DNA of 64,000 bases from Candidatus Latescibacterota bacterium (GTDB lineage: Bacteria; Latescibacterota; CBDEFO01). The stretch spans positions 32,001 to 96,000 of the forward strand of contig CBDEFO010000008.1 in the NCBI GenBank assembly GCA_965237525.1, read 5' to 3'. Both the position numbers and the translations under genes were made by a program. This document shows, piece after piece, positions 1-9,703 of this stretch. A model generated the notes under the pieces. The model was not told where the DNA came from. It searched no databases and saw nothing but the letters and a program-made list of their open reading frames with translations. Numbering within the stretch: position 1 is the stretch's first letter; the number at the start of each line of letters is the position of its first letter.

Positions 1-256
1 AGACCTTGCAGACATATAGGGGCACACTCATGTATCTGCCCTCTCAATACGGATAACTCAGGCGAACCACTTCGTGGCTTGTTGCCGGCTCTTCGTCTGC
101 CCTGCCCGCTTTGTGGGTTGCTGCCACATCTCCTGCCCACTGCTACAGGGGTTCACCCCTACACAGAAATGAAAAAAAGCAAGGAAAAAACTCTTGCCGC
201 TTGATCCTAAAGATAACGGCTTTGCCATCTCCCTGCTTATTCTGTTATCAGTTTAA

Positions 257-1775
257 AAGCCTTGTGAAAAACCCTTAGATTCAGAAAATAGTATAAAACA
301 AGCATTGATAAAGCAGCTCCGATGTATTATATTATGTTATTGATAATATTATACATGGAGGAAACAATGACCCCACAAAAGCAGGAACAGACAAATCCGA
401 TGTTTCACTATTTTCAGATGGAGGATTTAGTTCCCGAGGATCATATCCTTCGTCAGATTGATGAGGCAGTTGATTTTTCATTTGTACGAGACGTTGTATC
501 AGATTGTTATTGCCCTGACAATGGCAGACCCGGTATTGATCCTGAATTAGTTGTTCGAATGATCCTTATTGGCTATCTGTATAATTTGAGTGAGAATCGG
601 CTCTGTCAGGAAGTGGGGATGCATGCGGCATATCGGTTGTTTTGTCATCAGACATTTGATGATGCGGTTCCGGATAGGAGCACGATCAACAAGCTTCGCA
701 ATCACAAGTGGGCATCCAGTGGGTTGTTTGAACGGATAATGCGTCAGGTAGTCCAGTGTTGCATAGATGTCGGTCTTGTGAGCGGTAAACACCTTAGTGT
801 CGACGGCACTCAGATACAAGCTGATGCTTCAGTGAAAAGTATTGAGCCGATAGAACCCCCTGTTTCTCTTGATGATTATCTCAAGGGAATCGGTTTTGAA
901 GGTGATAAGACAAAGGGTAGGTCCGGGCATCCTCAGGATAAAGACTTTCATGGTGAAAAGTGGACGAACCAAACACACCGTTCGACTACAGACCCCGACG
1001 CGCGCTTATACAGCAAATCGAAGGGCAAAGGGGCTTTTCTCTCGTTTATGGGCCATGATCTGATCGACACAAAAAGCAGAGTAATCCTTGAGACTCAGGG
1101 CACGCAGGCGACAGGGACAGCAGAGCCCGAAAGTGCCCTTAAGATGGTAGATGACCTTGAAACATACACCATGCCCAAAGACATTCAGACACTTAGTGCC
1201 GATACCGGTTACGGTTCTGGTAATTTTATCGCTGATGTACTTGACCGGGGAATCATACCCCATATTCCTCTGCGAGCCGATGAGAAGATTGAACCGATTC
1301 CTACATGGAAAAACAAGACAAATTCAGCACATATTCAGGCCGAACGGGATAGAAAAGTGCGAGAGGCGAAAGCCAGAAATCATGCACGGTCTATCTCATT
1401 AACAGCTGACTACAAACTCTCCCGGAGACTCCGTAAACGCAGTGAACATATCTTTGCTGAAGCCAGGCAACAACACGGTATGGGACGAGCCCGTTATAGA
1501 GGACCAGCCTCACTGAATGAACAGTTGAATCTTGTTGCAACAGTACAGAATCTCAAGAGGCTTGTATCTTTCATAAGAAGGGGGAAAGCGTCTATGTGTG
1601 CCCTGCCTGTCAAAGACAGTGCATCCTGTTCTTCAAACAGCTCCTGTTCCTTGCTGACCAGAACTCTGATAAGACTATTTTGCTTATTCCACAGCAAAAC
1701 GATACGATATGCTACTCTTTGACCCATAATCGGCGCTTCAGACGCTGCCTGGGACATAACTATTTCACAAGGCTT
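257..1775 (+). mobile_element. IS1182-family insertion sequence, apparently complete
   Basis: Perfect terminal inverted repeats AAGCCTTGTGAAA (257-269) and TTTCACAAGGCTT (1763-1775). TTAA flanks both sides (253-256, 1776-1779). Encloses a single transposase ORF. Confidence 0.9.
367..1722 (+). CDS. IS1182-family DDE transposase
   Basis: N-terminal LVPEDHILR...GRPGIDP (DUF772-like), SVDGTQIQADAS, TTDPDARL, ADTGY and a C-terminal RKRSEHIFAE motif. ATG at 367 follows GGAGG; the ORF track starts at 322. Confidence 0.9.
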   Translation: MTPQKQEQTNPMFHYFQMEDLVPEDHILRQIDEAVDFSFVRDVVSDCYCPDNGRPGIDPELVVRMILIGYLYNLSENRLCQEVGMHAAYRLFCHQTFDDAVPDRSTINKLRNHKWASSGLFERIMRQVVQCCIDVGLVSGKHLSVDGTQIQADASVKSIEPIEPPVSLDDYLKGIGFEGDKTKGRSGHPQDKDFHGEKWTNQTHRSTTDPDARLYSKSKGKGAFLSFMGHDLIDTKSRVILETQGTQATGTAEPESALKMVDDLETYTMPKDIQTLSADTGYGSGNFIADVLDRGIIPHIPLRADEKIEPIPTWKNKTNSAHIQAERDRKVREAKARNHARSISLTADYKLSRRLRKRSEHIFAEARQQHGMGRARYRGPASLNEQLNLVATVQNLKRLVSFIRRGKASMCALPVKDSASCSSNSSCSLLTRTLIRLFCLFHSKTIRYATL

Positions 1776-1874
1776 TTAAGGACAACCGCTTTGTCCTTAT
1801 GAGGATAAAGGGCAATCGAAGTCAATTCCCCTCGGAATAGATAGCAGCCCTATGCCTATCCTGCGGTGAACACT

Positions 1875-2210
1875 TTAAGAATCTGAACCCAACACAGATT
1901 CAACTTTATCCACCAGCTGCTTCTTCGGAACAGCGCCTATTATCTGATCTGCTACTTTGCCGTCTTTGAAAAAGAGCAGTGTCGGTATGCTTCGAATATT
2001 GTACTTCATCGCTGTGCTCTGCTCCGAGTCCACATCTATCTTACCGACTTTCAGCCTGCCACTGTACTCTTGCGCTAATTCTCCAACAATAGGAGACACC
2101 ATGCGGCAGGGACCGCACCACTCAGCCCAGAAGTCTATCAACACCGGATGTGAGGACTTCAAAACTTCCTCCTCAAAATTGTCATCGGTCAAGACTATAG
2201 GTTCTCCCAA
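1875..2210 (-). CDS. trxA: Thioredoxin
   Basis: DFWAEWCGPC active site and SIPTLLFFKDG. Start uncertain (TTG 2210 or GTG 2219). Confidence 0.95.
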   Translation of the reverse strand: MGEPIVLTDDNFEEEVLKSSHPVLIDFWAEWCGPCRMVSPIVGELAQEYSGRLKVGKIDVDSEQSTAMKYNIRSIPTLLFFKDGKVADQIIGAVPKKQLVDKVESVLGSDS

Positions 2211-2427
2211 CTTTTTCACCGCCTTTCCATAAACTTTGTCTGTCTGAACAAGCTCGATATACACTCATATTTAGTATACAAGGTTTTCATCCTGATGTCA
2301 AGATCAAAACCTCTGTACTCATAGAATCTACTCGATAATACAAAAATCGTTTGCCTTAGTCAAAGCGGTTTTATATATTACAGTTGCGAAAGCGGAACAA
2401 TTTGGATAATACAGCACGGAGGGATCA

Positions 2428-2901
2428 ATGACAGATACTGAAACGATGGTAGGTGTTCATCACGTGAGCTTCACTGTGAGCAATCTGGAGCGTTCAGTTG
2501 CCTTTTATCGGGACATCCTGGGGATGGAAATGATACTCCAGCAGGACGCCAGCAGTGAATATGTAAAGAAGGTTGTCGCTTTTCCCAACGCCTATTTGAG
2601 GCAGGCTTTTCTAAAATTGCCCGGCCAGTCTGAGATATGTTTAGAGTTGATAGAATACGAAGAGCCGAAGGGAACTCCTGTGGACATGAAAACGTGCAAT
2701 CCCGGAAGCGCTCATCTGTGCTTCATTGTGGACGATCTGTTAAAGGTTTACGACGATCTGAAGAGCAAAAAAGTTCGTTTTAAGTCGGAGCCTGTCGCTA
2801 TCGATGCGGGCACAAATAGGGGAGCACATGCTGTCTATTTCCTGGATCCTGACGATATTACCCTGGAGTTACTTCAGCCTCCCAAAATAAGTGGACAGTA
2901 G
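2428..2901 (+). CDS. VOC/glyoxalase superfamily protein
   Basis: HHVSFTVSNLERSVAFY, ELIEY, AHLCFIVDD and YFLDPDDITLEL motifs; GGAGG RBS. Confidence 0.9.
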   Translation: MTDTETMVGVHHVSFTVSNLERSVAFYRDILGMEMILQQDASSEYVKKVVAFPNAYLRQAFLKLPGQSEICLELIEYEEPKGTPVDMKTCNPGSAHLCFIVDDLLKVYDDLKSKKVRFKSEPVAIDAGTNRGAHAVYFLDPDDITLELLQPPKISGQ

Positions 2902-3388
2902 TGGTTATTAGTCATATGAAATCGGAACGCTTCCCTTTGGGCATTTGTATTGAGCTTGAATTATAGCGCTGTGCTGATCTCAGGCTCTTGGTGCTTTTCA
3001 AGATGGATGTATAACCCTTGTTCTTTTGGATTCCGTTCACCCACGAAAAAGCATTTGATGTAAGAGGAGTTAGGAAACACTTTCTCATCTAACACATCCC
3101 CGATAGAATCAATCGGGGATAAATGCTTTGTCTGTCTGTACCGTATCCTGTTGAACCTATATTTCAACATAGACTTGGAAAAAAATCTTGCTTCGTTTGG
3201 ATCCTTCTACTTGGGGGAGGGTAACCGTTGTATCGTTGGGATGCAGTTTAGACCATTGAAATCTCTGATACACTTCTTGTAGGCTTTCAAACCCGGTTCT
3301 GTTCCAGAATCTTCCAGAAAACTTAGAACTGCTGCCTTTACTATATGAACCCATGTCCAGCGTTCTGATTTCATCTGATATTTAACCG
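2902..3388 (-). mobile_element. Internally deleted, degenerate derivative of the IS at 12990-14293
   Basis: Both termini resemble the IRs of the 12990-14293 element. The interior translates to pieces of that transposase's C-terminus (FSGRFWNRTGFESLQEV versus FSRKFWNRIQFKSLQEV). Confidence 0.85.
3099..3117. repeat. 19-nt hairpin micro-element, copy A
   Basis: CCCGATAGAATCAATCGGG in ATC^GAT. The homologous position in the intact IS (14095-14100) reads ATCGAT. Confidence 0.9.
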
Positions 3389-3464
3389 TTACACAGCGGT
3401 ATTCAGTGGAAGGAACTTCCCCGATGTTGAGGCATGTTCGTATTCCCGCAGGATTGCCCCGGAG

Positions 3465-3643
3465 GATTGTTCGTGGAACACACGCACAATTGGATCAAGC
3501 GCTTCCGACGTGTGCTAATTCGATGGGGAAAGAAGGTGGCGAACTATCCAGCTTTTTTCCATTTGGCGTTTGCCTACGTCTCCATGCGTGCTGCACAAGC
3601 TCCGGACGAAGGCCAATCCTTACTAAGGTTTTCGGATAGGCTC
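3465..3643 (+). pseudogene. IS5-family transposase C-terminal fragment with right end
   Basis: VEHTHNWIKRFRRVLIRW.KKVANY.AFFHLA matches the IS5-family C-terminal signature. It is followed by TTTTCGGATAGGCTC, an IS5-like terminus. Confidence 0.75.
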
Positions 3644-4163
3644 ATGGACAGCTTGGGCAAGAATTGAATCTATCACAAGCCAGGTTGTCGTTTTCGGATT
3701 AGCACGCCCTACCTTTAACACATTTTCTCCTTCCGGTCATCAGAAATTCTGACTTTTCTTTGATTTTTCTCGCCTTTTGGAAAATTTCTCCCTTTACCCC
3801 TTCCTTGGCGGCACAAGCGGCAGGCGCAACTATAGCCAGAAGCCACGTGAGAGGAACAGCAGCACTGATTTGTTCTCTACAACACGAGGTGGATGACATG
3901 CACTGCCACCAACCCTCCGAGAGCGTCTTGCTATCGTAAGGGTTCTTGGCCTTGGACGTATGCAAAGAGGAGGGTCATGAGCGGAATATTAGAGATCACA
4001 ACTGCGCCGAGACCATCCGATACGCGGAGAAGAACCCGGTATTTGAATGCACGGTATGCCGCCAAGTTATGAGCCCCCAAGAGCGCCGCTCCCAGGAGAG
4101 CTTTGCCGCGAGACAGTGTAAGCTCCCGCGCTAGAACCATAAGCGTCCTTAGTGCTATTCTCT

Positions 4164-6149
4164 TCAGAAGACCCCGAGCGGATTGCCCCTCATCCCTGTG
4201 AAGTAATCTATCGTGAGCCACGTCGCTGCCACGACCATCTGCCCTAAGATCAGACCCAAAAAGAAAGGTCGAGTCTTTCTGAATACTGCAGCGCCGCCGT
4301 ACTTGATTATGATCACCTTGAAGAACCACGCCAAAAAGACATTAAGCCACATCTGATTTATTAAGTAAACGGGGCTGATTACGTAGCCGATGGGATGGAT
4401 AGGCCACCATATAAAGCGGTATCGGATAAAGCTCAAAAGGCCCATAACAGATGCCCCTATGCCGGTGGCTACCCATCCTCCGATGTTGGGAGTAAGGGCC
4501 CCTGCTACCCTTGAGGTTATGTAATCGAAGGGTTCTCGCGGAGCCCCGCCAAAAAACCAGGCGTAGAGGTTGATTCCGCCTTCCTGGTATGCCATGTTTA
4601 AGACCATCCACATCGATCCTGCCAGGCTCACAACGATGGAAAGCATCATCGCCCAGAAGAGCGGCCTTCTATTACCTACCACCACATTGATCAACTTGAG
4701 CCCGTTGGCGCACGAAGCCATAACAAACGTCCTCAACTCACCGTGCCAGGCGTGTGTGTACGCCAGCGCGACTAATCCTTTAGGTCCTAAAACTGTGGTC
4801 CCAAGCCCGGATACCACGAAGTCCGAACCCAGTATAGGCGGCCGCATATCAGGCATCCCTCCCTCTGATACTACACGGGTCATCCCTATAAAGATAACAA
4901 AGGCAACAAACACGAATATGGGGACGATCCAGAGGGGCATTCCGGTAGTCCACAGCCAAAAGCCTATAAAAAGGAGCCCTAAAACCATGCCAAAGAAAGC
5001 GGTCCGGTAAGATAGAATCTCGTCCGAGTCGTCCACGTTTGGGTCGTTCTTGAATGCCTTCCTGAGGACGCCCTTTAGGTGCTCCCGACCTGTCCACAGT
5101 CCTAACATGACAAAGACTATCATAGCTCCCATGCCCTGATGGAGCAGGTATGGTGACGAGGCCCAGGTGTAAGCATAGAGGCTCATTATCTGTGGGCTGT
5201 GGAAACCTATCATATTGAAAATGCCGTGCTCCACGTTGGACAGCAGGGAAAAGGACCAAATCGCAAGGGCGATGTCGCGGGGTATAAGATAGACGAATCC
5301 TATAATATGAAAACGGAGATCGAAATGAATGTTGATTGCGTTGCGAAACATGGACATATTGGCGAAAAGGTCTATATCTGGAACGAACGGATAGTACCCA
5401 TGGAGGGCATCTACACTGTCTATGACAAAAGGAATGGCAAATCCGAGCCACATAACGGGGCTTTTGAAAAATGGCGCAAGATAACCGCCTTTATCGTCCC
5501 TTATCATTTCCATAGGTGTCTGAATCAGCGGATAGATCACCCTCTCCCTCTCTACCCACTGCCTCCTTAAGATCACCATTATGCATATCATCACAAAATA
5601 AAGGACAATGGCAAAGGAAGACCAGTACAAAAGGGGCCTAATCCACATCCCCCAGGGTATCGTCTCTCCCTCAGGCAGACCTTCGTAGAAATACTTAATA
5701 TACTCTGGATCTCGAGGGGATATCCAGTCGGGGATATATGGATGGATCAGATTTACCCAGTCGTTCTCAGGGGTAGCAAAGTAGTATACACCCACGATTG
5801 CCGGAAGTAGGTGTTCGGTGAGACCTACAGCCACTATAGACGAAGCTACGATCATCATAATGTAGATCGTAACTAATTCGGTGGATTCAAACTCGATTCC
5901 CCTTTTGGTCAGCTTCAAAAGGGTGTTTACTATCCCTACGAAGATAAATAGAAGGAAGAGAGCTCCACCGGTGCTGAACGTACCAGCCATCCAGGAACCC
6001 ATGATCAGGGAATCGCTGTATGGGGCGGCTATGGATATAAAAAAGGAGAGCGCCGCTCCCACAACAAAAGATCTGACGGTAAAACGTCGAGGCGGTCTGT
6101 CCTGGCTAACGGTACGATCAGTCTTGAAATCCTCAGTCCTTGTCTCCAT
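4164..6149 (-). CDS. Polytopic membrane protein, DUF6785/DUF6784-like putative transporter (paralogue 1)
   Basis: 661 aa with many hydrophobic segments; motifs LRRQWVERER, WWPIHPIG and RPFFLGLILG. Confidence 0.8.
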   Translation of the reverse strand: METRTEDFKTDRTVSQDRPPRRFTVRSFVVGAALSFFISIAAPYSDSLIMGSWMAGTFSTGGALFLLFIFVGIVNTLLKLTKRGIEFESTELVTIYIMMIVASSIVAVGLTEHLLPAIVGVYYFATPENDWVNLIHPYIPDWISPRDPEYIKYFYEGLPEGETIPWGMWIRPLLYWSSFAIVLYFVMICIMVILRRQWVERERVIYPLIQTPMEMIRDDKGGYLAPFFKSPVMWLGFAIPFVIDSVDALHGYYPFVPDIDLFANMSMFRNAINIHFDLRFHIIGFVYLIPRDIALAIWSFSLLSNVEHGIFNMIGFHSPQIMSLYAYTWASSPYLLHQGMGAMIVFVMLGLWTGREHLKGVLRKAFKNDPNVDDSDEILSYRTAFFGMVLGLLFIGFWLWTTGMPLWIVPIFVFVAFVIFIGMTRVVSEGGMPDMRPPILGSDFVVSGLGTTVLGPKGLVALAYTHAWHGELRTFVMASCANGLKLINVVVGNRRPLFWAMMLSIVVSLAGSMWMVLNMAYQEGGINLYAWFFGGAPREPFDYITSRVAGALTPNIGGWVATGIGASVMGLLSFIRYRFIWWPIHPIGYVISPVYLINQMWLNVFLAWFFKVIIIKYGGAAVFRKTRPFFLGLILGQMVVAATWLTIDYFTGMRGNPLGVF

Positions 6150-6248
6150 AAATTGAAAAGGGTCCTTACACTCTTCTGATGTGGTATATCAGATATTTAT
6201 CAAATGCACCAGTTGCTTGTATTTGCAGGTGTCTTGGCGCCATTTTCT

Positions 6249-8234
6249 TCAAAATTGCCCGAACGAATTGCCCCTCATCCCTGTGAAGTAATCTATCGTG
6301 AGCCACGTCGCTGCCACGACCATCTGTCCTAAGATCAGACCCAAAAAGAAGGGTCGAGTCTTTCTGAATACTCCAGCGCCGCCGTATTTGAGTATGACTA
6401 CCTTGAAGAACCACGCCAAAAATACGCTAAGCCACACCTGATTTATTAAGAACACGGGGCTGATTACATAGCCGATGGGATGGATAGGCCACCATATAAA
6501 GCGGTATCGGATAAAGATCAAAAGGCCCATAACAGATGCCCCTATGCCGGTGGCTATCCATCCTCCGATGTTGGGAGTAAGGGCCCCTGCTACCCTTGAG
6601 GTTATGTAATCGAAGGGTTCTCGCGGAGCCCCGCCAAAAAACCAGGCGTAGAGGTTGATTCCGCCTTCCTGGTATGCCATGTTTAAGACCATCCACATCG
6701 ATCCTGCCAGGCTCACGACGATGGAAAGCATCATCGCCCAGAAGAGCGGTCTTCTATTACCTACCACCACATTGATCAACTTGAGCCCGTTGGCGCACGA
6801 AGCCATAACAAACGTCCTCAACTCACCGTGCCATACGTGTGTGTACGCCAGCGCGACTAATCCTTTAGGTCCTAAAACTGTGGTCCCAAGCCCGGATACC
6901 ACGAAGTCCGAACCCAGTATAGGCGGCCGCATATCAGGCATCCCTCCCTCTGATACTACACGGGTCATCCCTATAAAGATAACAAAGGCAACAAACACGA
7001 ATATGGGGACGATCCAGAGGGGCATTCCGGTAGTCCACAGCCAAAAGCCTATAAAAAGGAGCCCTAAAACCATGCCAAAGAAAGCGGTCCGGTAAGATAG
7101 AATCTCGTCCGAGTCGTCCACGTTTGGGTCGTTCTTGAATGCCTTCCTCAGAACGCCCTTTAGGTGCTCCCGACCTGTCCACAGTCCTAACATGACAAAG
7201 ACTATTATAGCTCCCATGCCCTGATGGAGCAGGTACGGTGACGAGGCCCAGGTGTAAGCATAGAGGCTCATTATCTGTGAGCTGTGGAAACCTATCATAT
7301 TGAAAATTCCGTGCTCCACGTTGGCCAGTAGAGAGAAGGACCAAATCGCAAGGGCGATGTCGCGGGGTATAAGATAGACGAATCCAACAACATAAAAGCG
7401 GAGATCGAAGATAATCCGAGTTGTGTTGTGAAGTATGAACATGCTAGTGGAAAGGTCAATATCCGGAACGAACGGGTAGTAGCGATGGAAAGCCTTTGCG
7501 CTGTCTATGAAAAAAGGGATGGCAAATCCAAGCCACATAACTGGATTTTTGAAAAATGGCGCAAGGTAACCACTCTTATCGTCCCTTATCATTTCCATAG
7601 GCGTCTGAATCATCGGATAGATCACCCTCTCCCTCTCTACCCACTGCCTCCTTAAAATCACCATCATGCATATCATCACAAAATAAAGGACAATCGCAAA
7701 CGAAGACCAGTACAAAAGTGGCCCCATCCACATCCCCCAGGGTATCGTCTCTCCCTCAGGCAGACCTTCGTAGAAATATCTAATGTACTCTGGATCTCGA
7801 GGGGATATCCACTCGGGGATATATGGATGGATCAGATTTACCCAGTCGTTCTCAGGGGTAGCGTAGTAGAATACACCGGCGCTGGCAGGAAGGAGGTGTT
7901 CGGTGAGACCTACGGCCACTATGGACGAAGCTACGATCATCATAATGTAGATCATAACTAATTCGGTGACTTCAAACTCGATTCCCCTTCTGATCAGCTT
8001 CAAAGGGGGGTTTACTATCGCTACGAGAATAAATAAAAGGAAGATTGCTCCACCGGTGCTGAAGGCGCCAGCCATCCAGGAGCTCATGATAACGGAATCG
8101 CCGTATGGTGCGGCTATGGATATGAAAAAGGAGAGCGCTGCTCCTACAACAAAAGATCTGACGGTAAATCGTCGTGGTGGTCTCTCCTTCTTAACGGCAT
8201 AATCGGTATTGAAATCCGTAGCTCTTATCTCCAT
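6249..8234 (-). CDS. Polytopic membrane protein, DUF6785/DUF6784-like putative transporter (paralogue 2)
   Basis: 661 aa tandem paralogue of 4164-6149 (offset 2085 bp). Confidence 0.8.
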   Translation of the reverse strand: MEIRATDFNTDYAVKKERPPRRFTVRSFVVGAALSFFISIAAPYGDSVIMSSWMAGAFSTGGAIFLLFILVAIVNPPLKLIRRGIEFEVTELVMIYIMMIVASSIVAVGLTEHLLPASAGVFYYATPENDWVNLIHPYIPEWISPRDPEYIRYFYEGLPEGETIPWGMWMGPLLYWSSFAIVLYFVMICMMVILRRQWVERERVIYPMIQTPMEMIRDDKSGYLAPFFKNPVMWLGFAIPFFIDSAKAFHRYYPFVPDIDLSTSMFILHNTTRIIFDLRFYVVGFVYLIPRDIALAIWSFSLLANVEHGIFNMIGFHSSQIMSLYAYTWASSPYLLHQGMGAIIVFVMLGLWTGREHLKGVLRKAFKNDPNVDDSDEILSYRTAFFGMVLGLLFIGFWLWTTGMPLWIVPIFVFVAFVIFIGMTRVVSEGGMPDMRPPILGSDFVVSGLGTTVLGPKGLVALAYTHVWHGELRTFVMASCANGLKLINVVVGNRRPLFWAMMLSIVVSLAGSMWMVLNMAYQEGGINLYAWFFGGAPREPFDYITSRVAGALTPNIGGWIATGIGASVMGLLIFIRYRFIWWPIHPIGYVISPVFLINQVWLSVFLAWFFKVVILKYGGAGVFRKTRPFFLGLILGQMVVAATWLTIDYFTGMRGNSFGQF

Positions 8235-8573
8235 CTACAGGTCTTACTGAGGCAAAAAAAGATTGAACAGCCACGACCTTCCAAAAAAACTGCTGTCCAT
8301 TCAATGGCGGGCGTTTGGGAGGGCTTTATTATTGTCCAGAGTTTTTTAATACACCCATACAGACGACATAACCACGCATCACAGCGATATCGCTAGAATA
8401 ACTTATCTACGAGGATCCAGTTCTTATACTTTCGACACCACAAGATATTGGGGTGACCCACCCGGTTACCCGGGAAACCATAAAAAATCGCGCTCTATGC
8501 CCGGAGCAGTGACCATAAGTACTGGAACTTAGAACGCCAGGGTCACGTGGATATCGAACTGTCGGGGAGCAGA

Positions 8574-9446
8574 TCAGACCACCGTATTTTCCACTTCGTA
8601 GTATCGGTTGACTCCCGGGACCTCGCTCATGCCGTGCCATACGCCCCTGAAGAGGGTCTGTCTCTTTGCTGGCATGGCCTGAATCACTTCGAGCGGCGGG
8701 CGCCCCTTGCCCCATTTGGAGTTGACCGTGTCGTAGCAGGTAAACAAACACAGCCGGTCCCGCTCCTTGTTGTTCCAAAGCGTTCCAGAATGACACAACG
8801 ACTCCGTAAAGATCACGGCCGACCCAGCCGGGCAGGTGTAGGTCTCCCACAGCTCGCTGTCGCGGTCGCTGACTTCCTCAGGCCGTGAAAAGGCCGCCTT
8901 GTGGCTGCCCGATAGAAAGAGGGTACCGCCGTCATCCGGAGCCACCTCGTTTAGTTCCCAAACTACCCGCGTCAGACCCGAGTGCACCTTTCCCGGTAGC
9001 ATCTGGTATATGTGAGAGTTGCCGCGGAAATTAAAGTAACCGCCACCGCCGTGGGGTGCATAGTTGTCGTTCCCGGCCTGGCGGTGGCTCGTATAGGTAT
9101 GGTCGTAGCGGAAGCCGTAACACTCTTCGGTAGCCAGGGCTTGGCAGGAGAGAACTTCGTTGAGTACGCCCACCACAGCGGGGTGATCTAGCAACACCTG
9201 TGACGGTCCACCGTGGTTGTCCCTCTCGTGTGGTGGCAGCTCATCTCGCTGCTTCAGGAATTTCATCTGATGTTCGCGAATGAGTTGGAGTTGCTCCTCG
9301 TCGAGCAAGCCGGGCAGGGCTATCCAGCCTTTGATATCGAACGTGTACCTCTGCCCATCTGTCATCGGAATGACCGGCAGACCGTCAGCGTTAGTAGTGG
9401 GAAGCAGCAATTCGGACATGGTTATCTCCAGTAGTTTGTAAGTCAC
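8574..9446 (-). CDS. Phytanoyl-CoA dioxygenase (PhyH)-family Fe(II)/2-oxoglutarate-type protein
   Basis: FDIKGWIALPGLL, GGTLFLSGSHK and AGSAVIFTESLCHSG motifs. Confidence 0.85.
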   Translation of the reverse strand: MTYKLLEITMSELLLPTTNADGLPVIPMTDGQRYTFDIKGWIALPGLLDEEQLQLIREHQMKFLKQRDELPPHERDNHGGPSQVLLDHPAVVGVLNEVLSCQALATEECYGFRYDHTYTSHRQAGNDNYAPHGGGGYFNFRGNSHIYQMLPGKVHSGLTRVVWELNEVAPDDGGTLFLSGSHKAAFSRPEEVSDRDSELWETYTCPAGSAVIFTESLCHSGTLWNNKERDRLCLFTCYDTVNSKWGKGRPPLEVIQAMPAKRQTLFRGVWHGMSEVPGVNRYYEVENTVV

Positions 9447-9703
9447 ACTGTGGTAGGTGCCAATTCTTATTGGTGGTTCCGGGAACTACCATCGCCTTTG
9501 TCCTTCCTTTTTCTTGTCTTAGCCATCACTTGCTCCTTTTTTGACAGTTCCTTCAAGATGTTCTTCTCCTGTCCCTACTCTGCCTGCGCTCATCCAAACG
9601 TGAGCTCTGAAACCTTGAACTTGATGAACTGGCTTCCCGGAATCTTGTGTTCTGACCCGTTAAAGTGGTTGGAGAGCCCTGCAGTTCGAATTGAGAACAC
9701 TCC

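Noticed and set aside
3898..4134. Small Cys/His-rich ORF with RBS and internal TAA
   Set aside because: No family recognised; cannot be distinguished from a decayed fragment.
4164..8234. Diversity-generating retroelement behind the variable loop
   Set aside because: Differences between copies involve all bases and indels rather than adenines only, and there is no reverse transcriptase or template repeat in the window.
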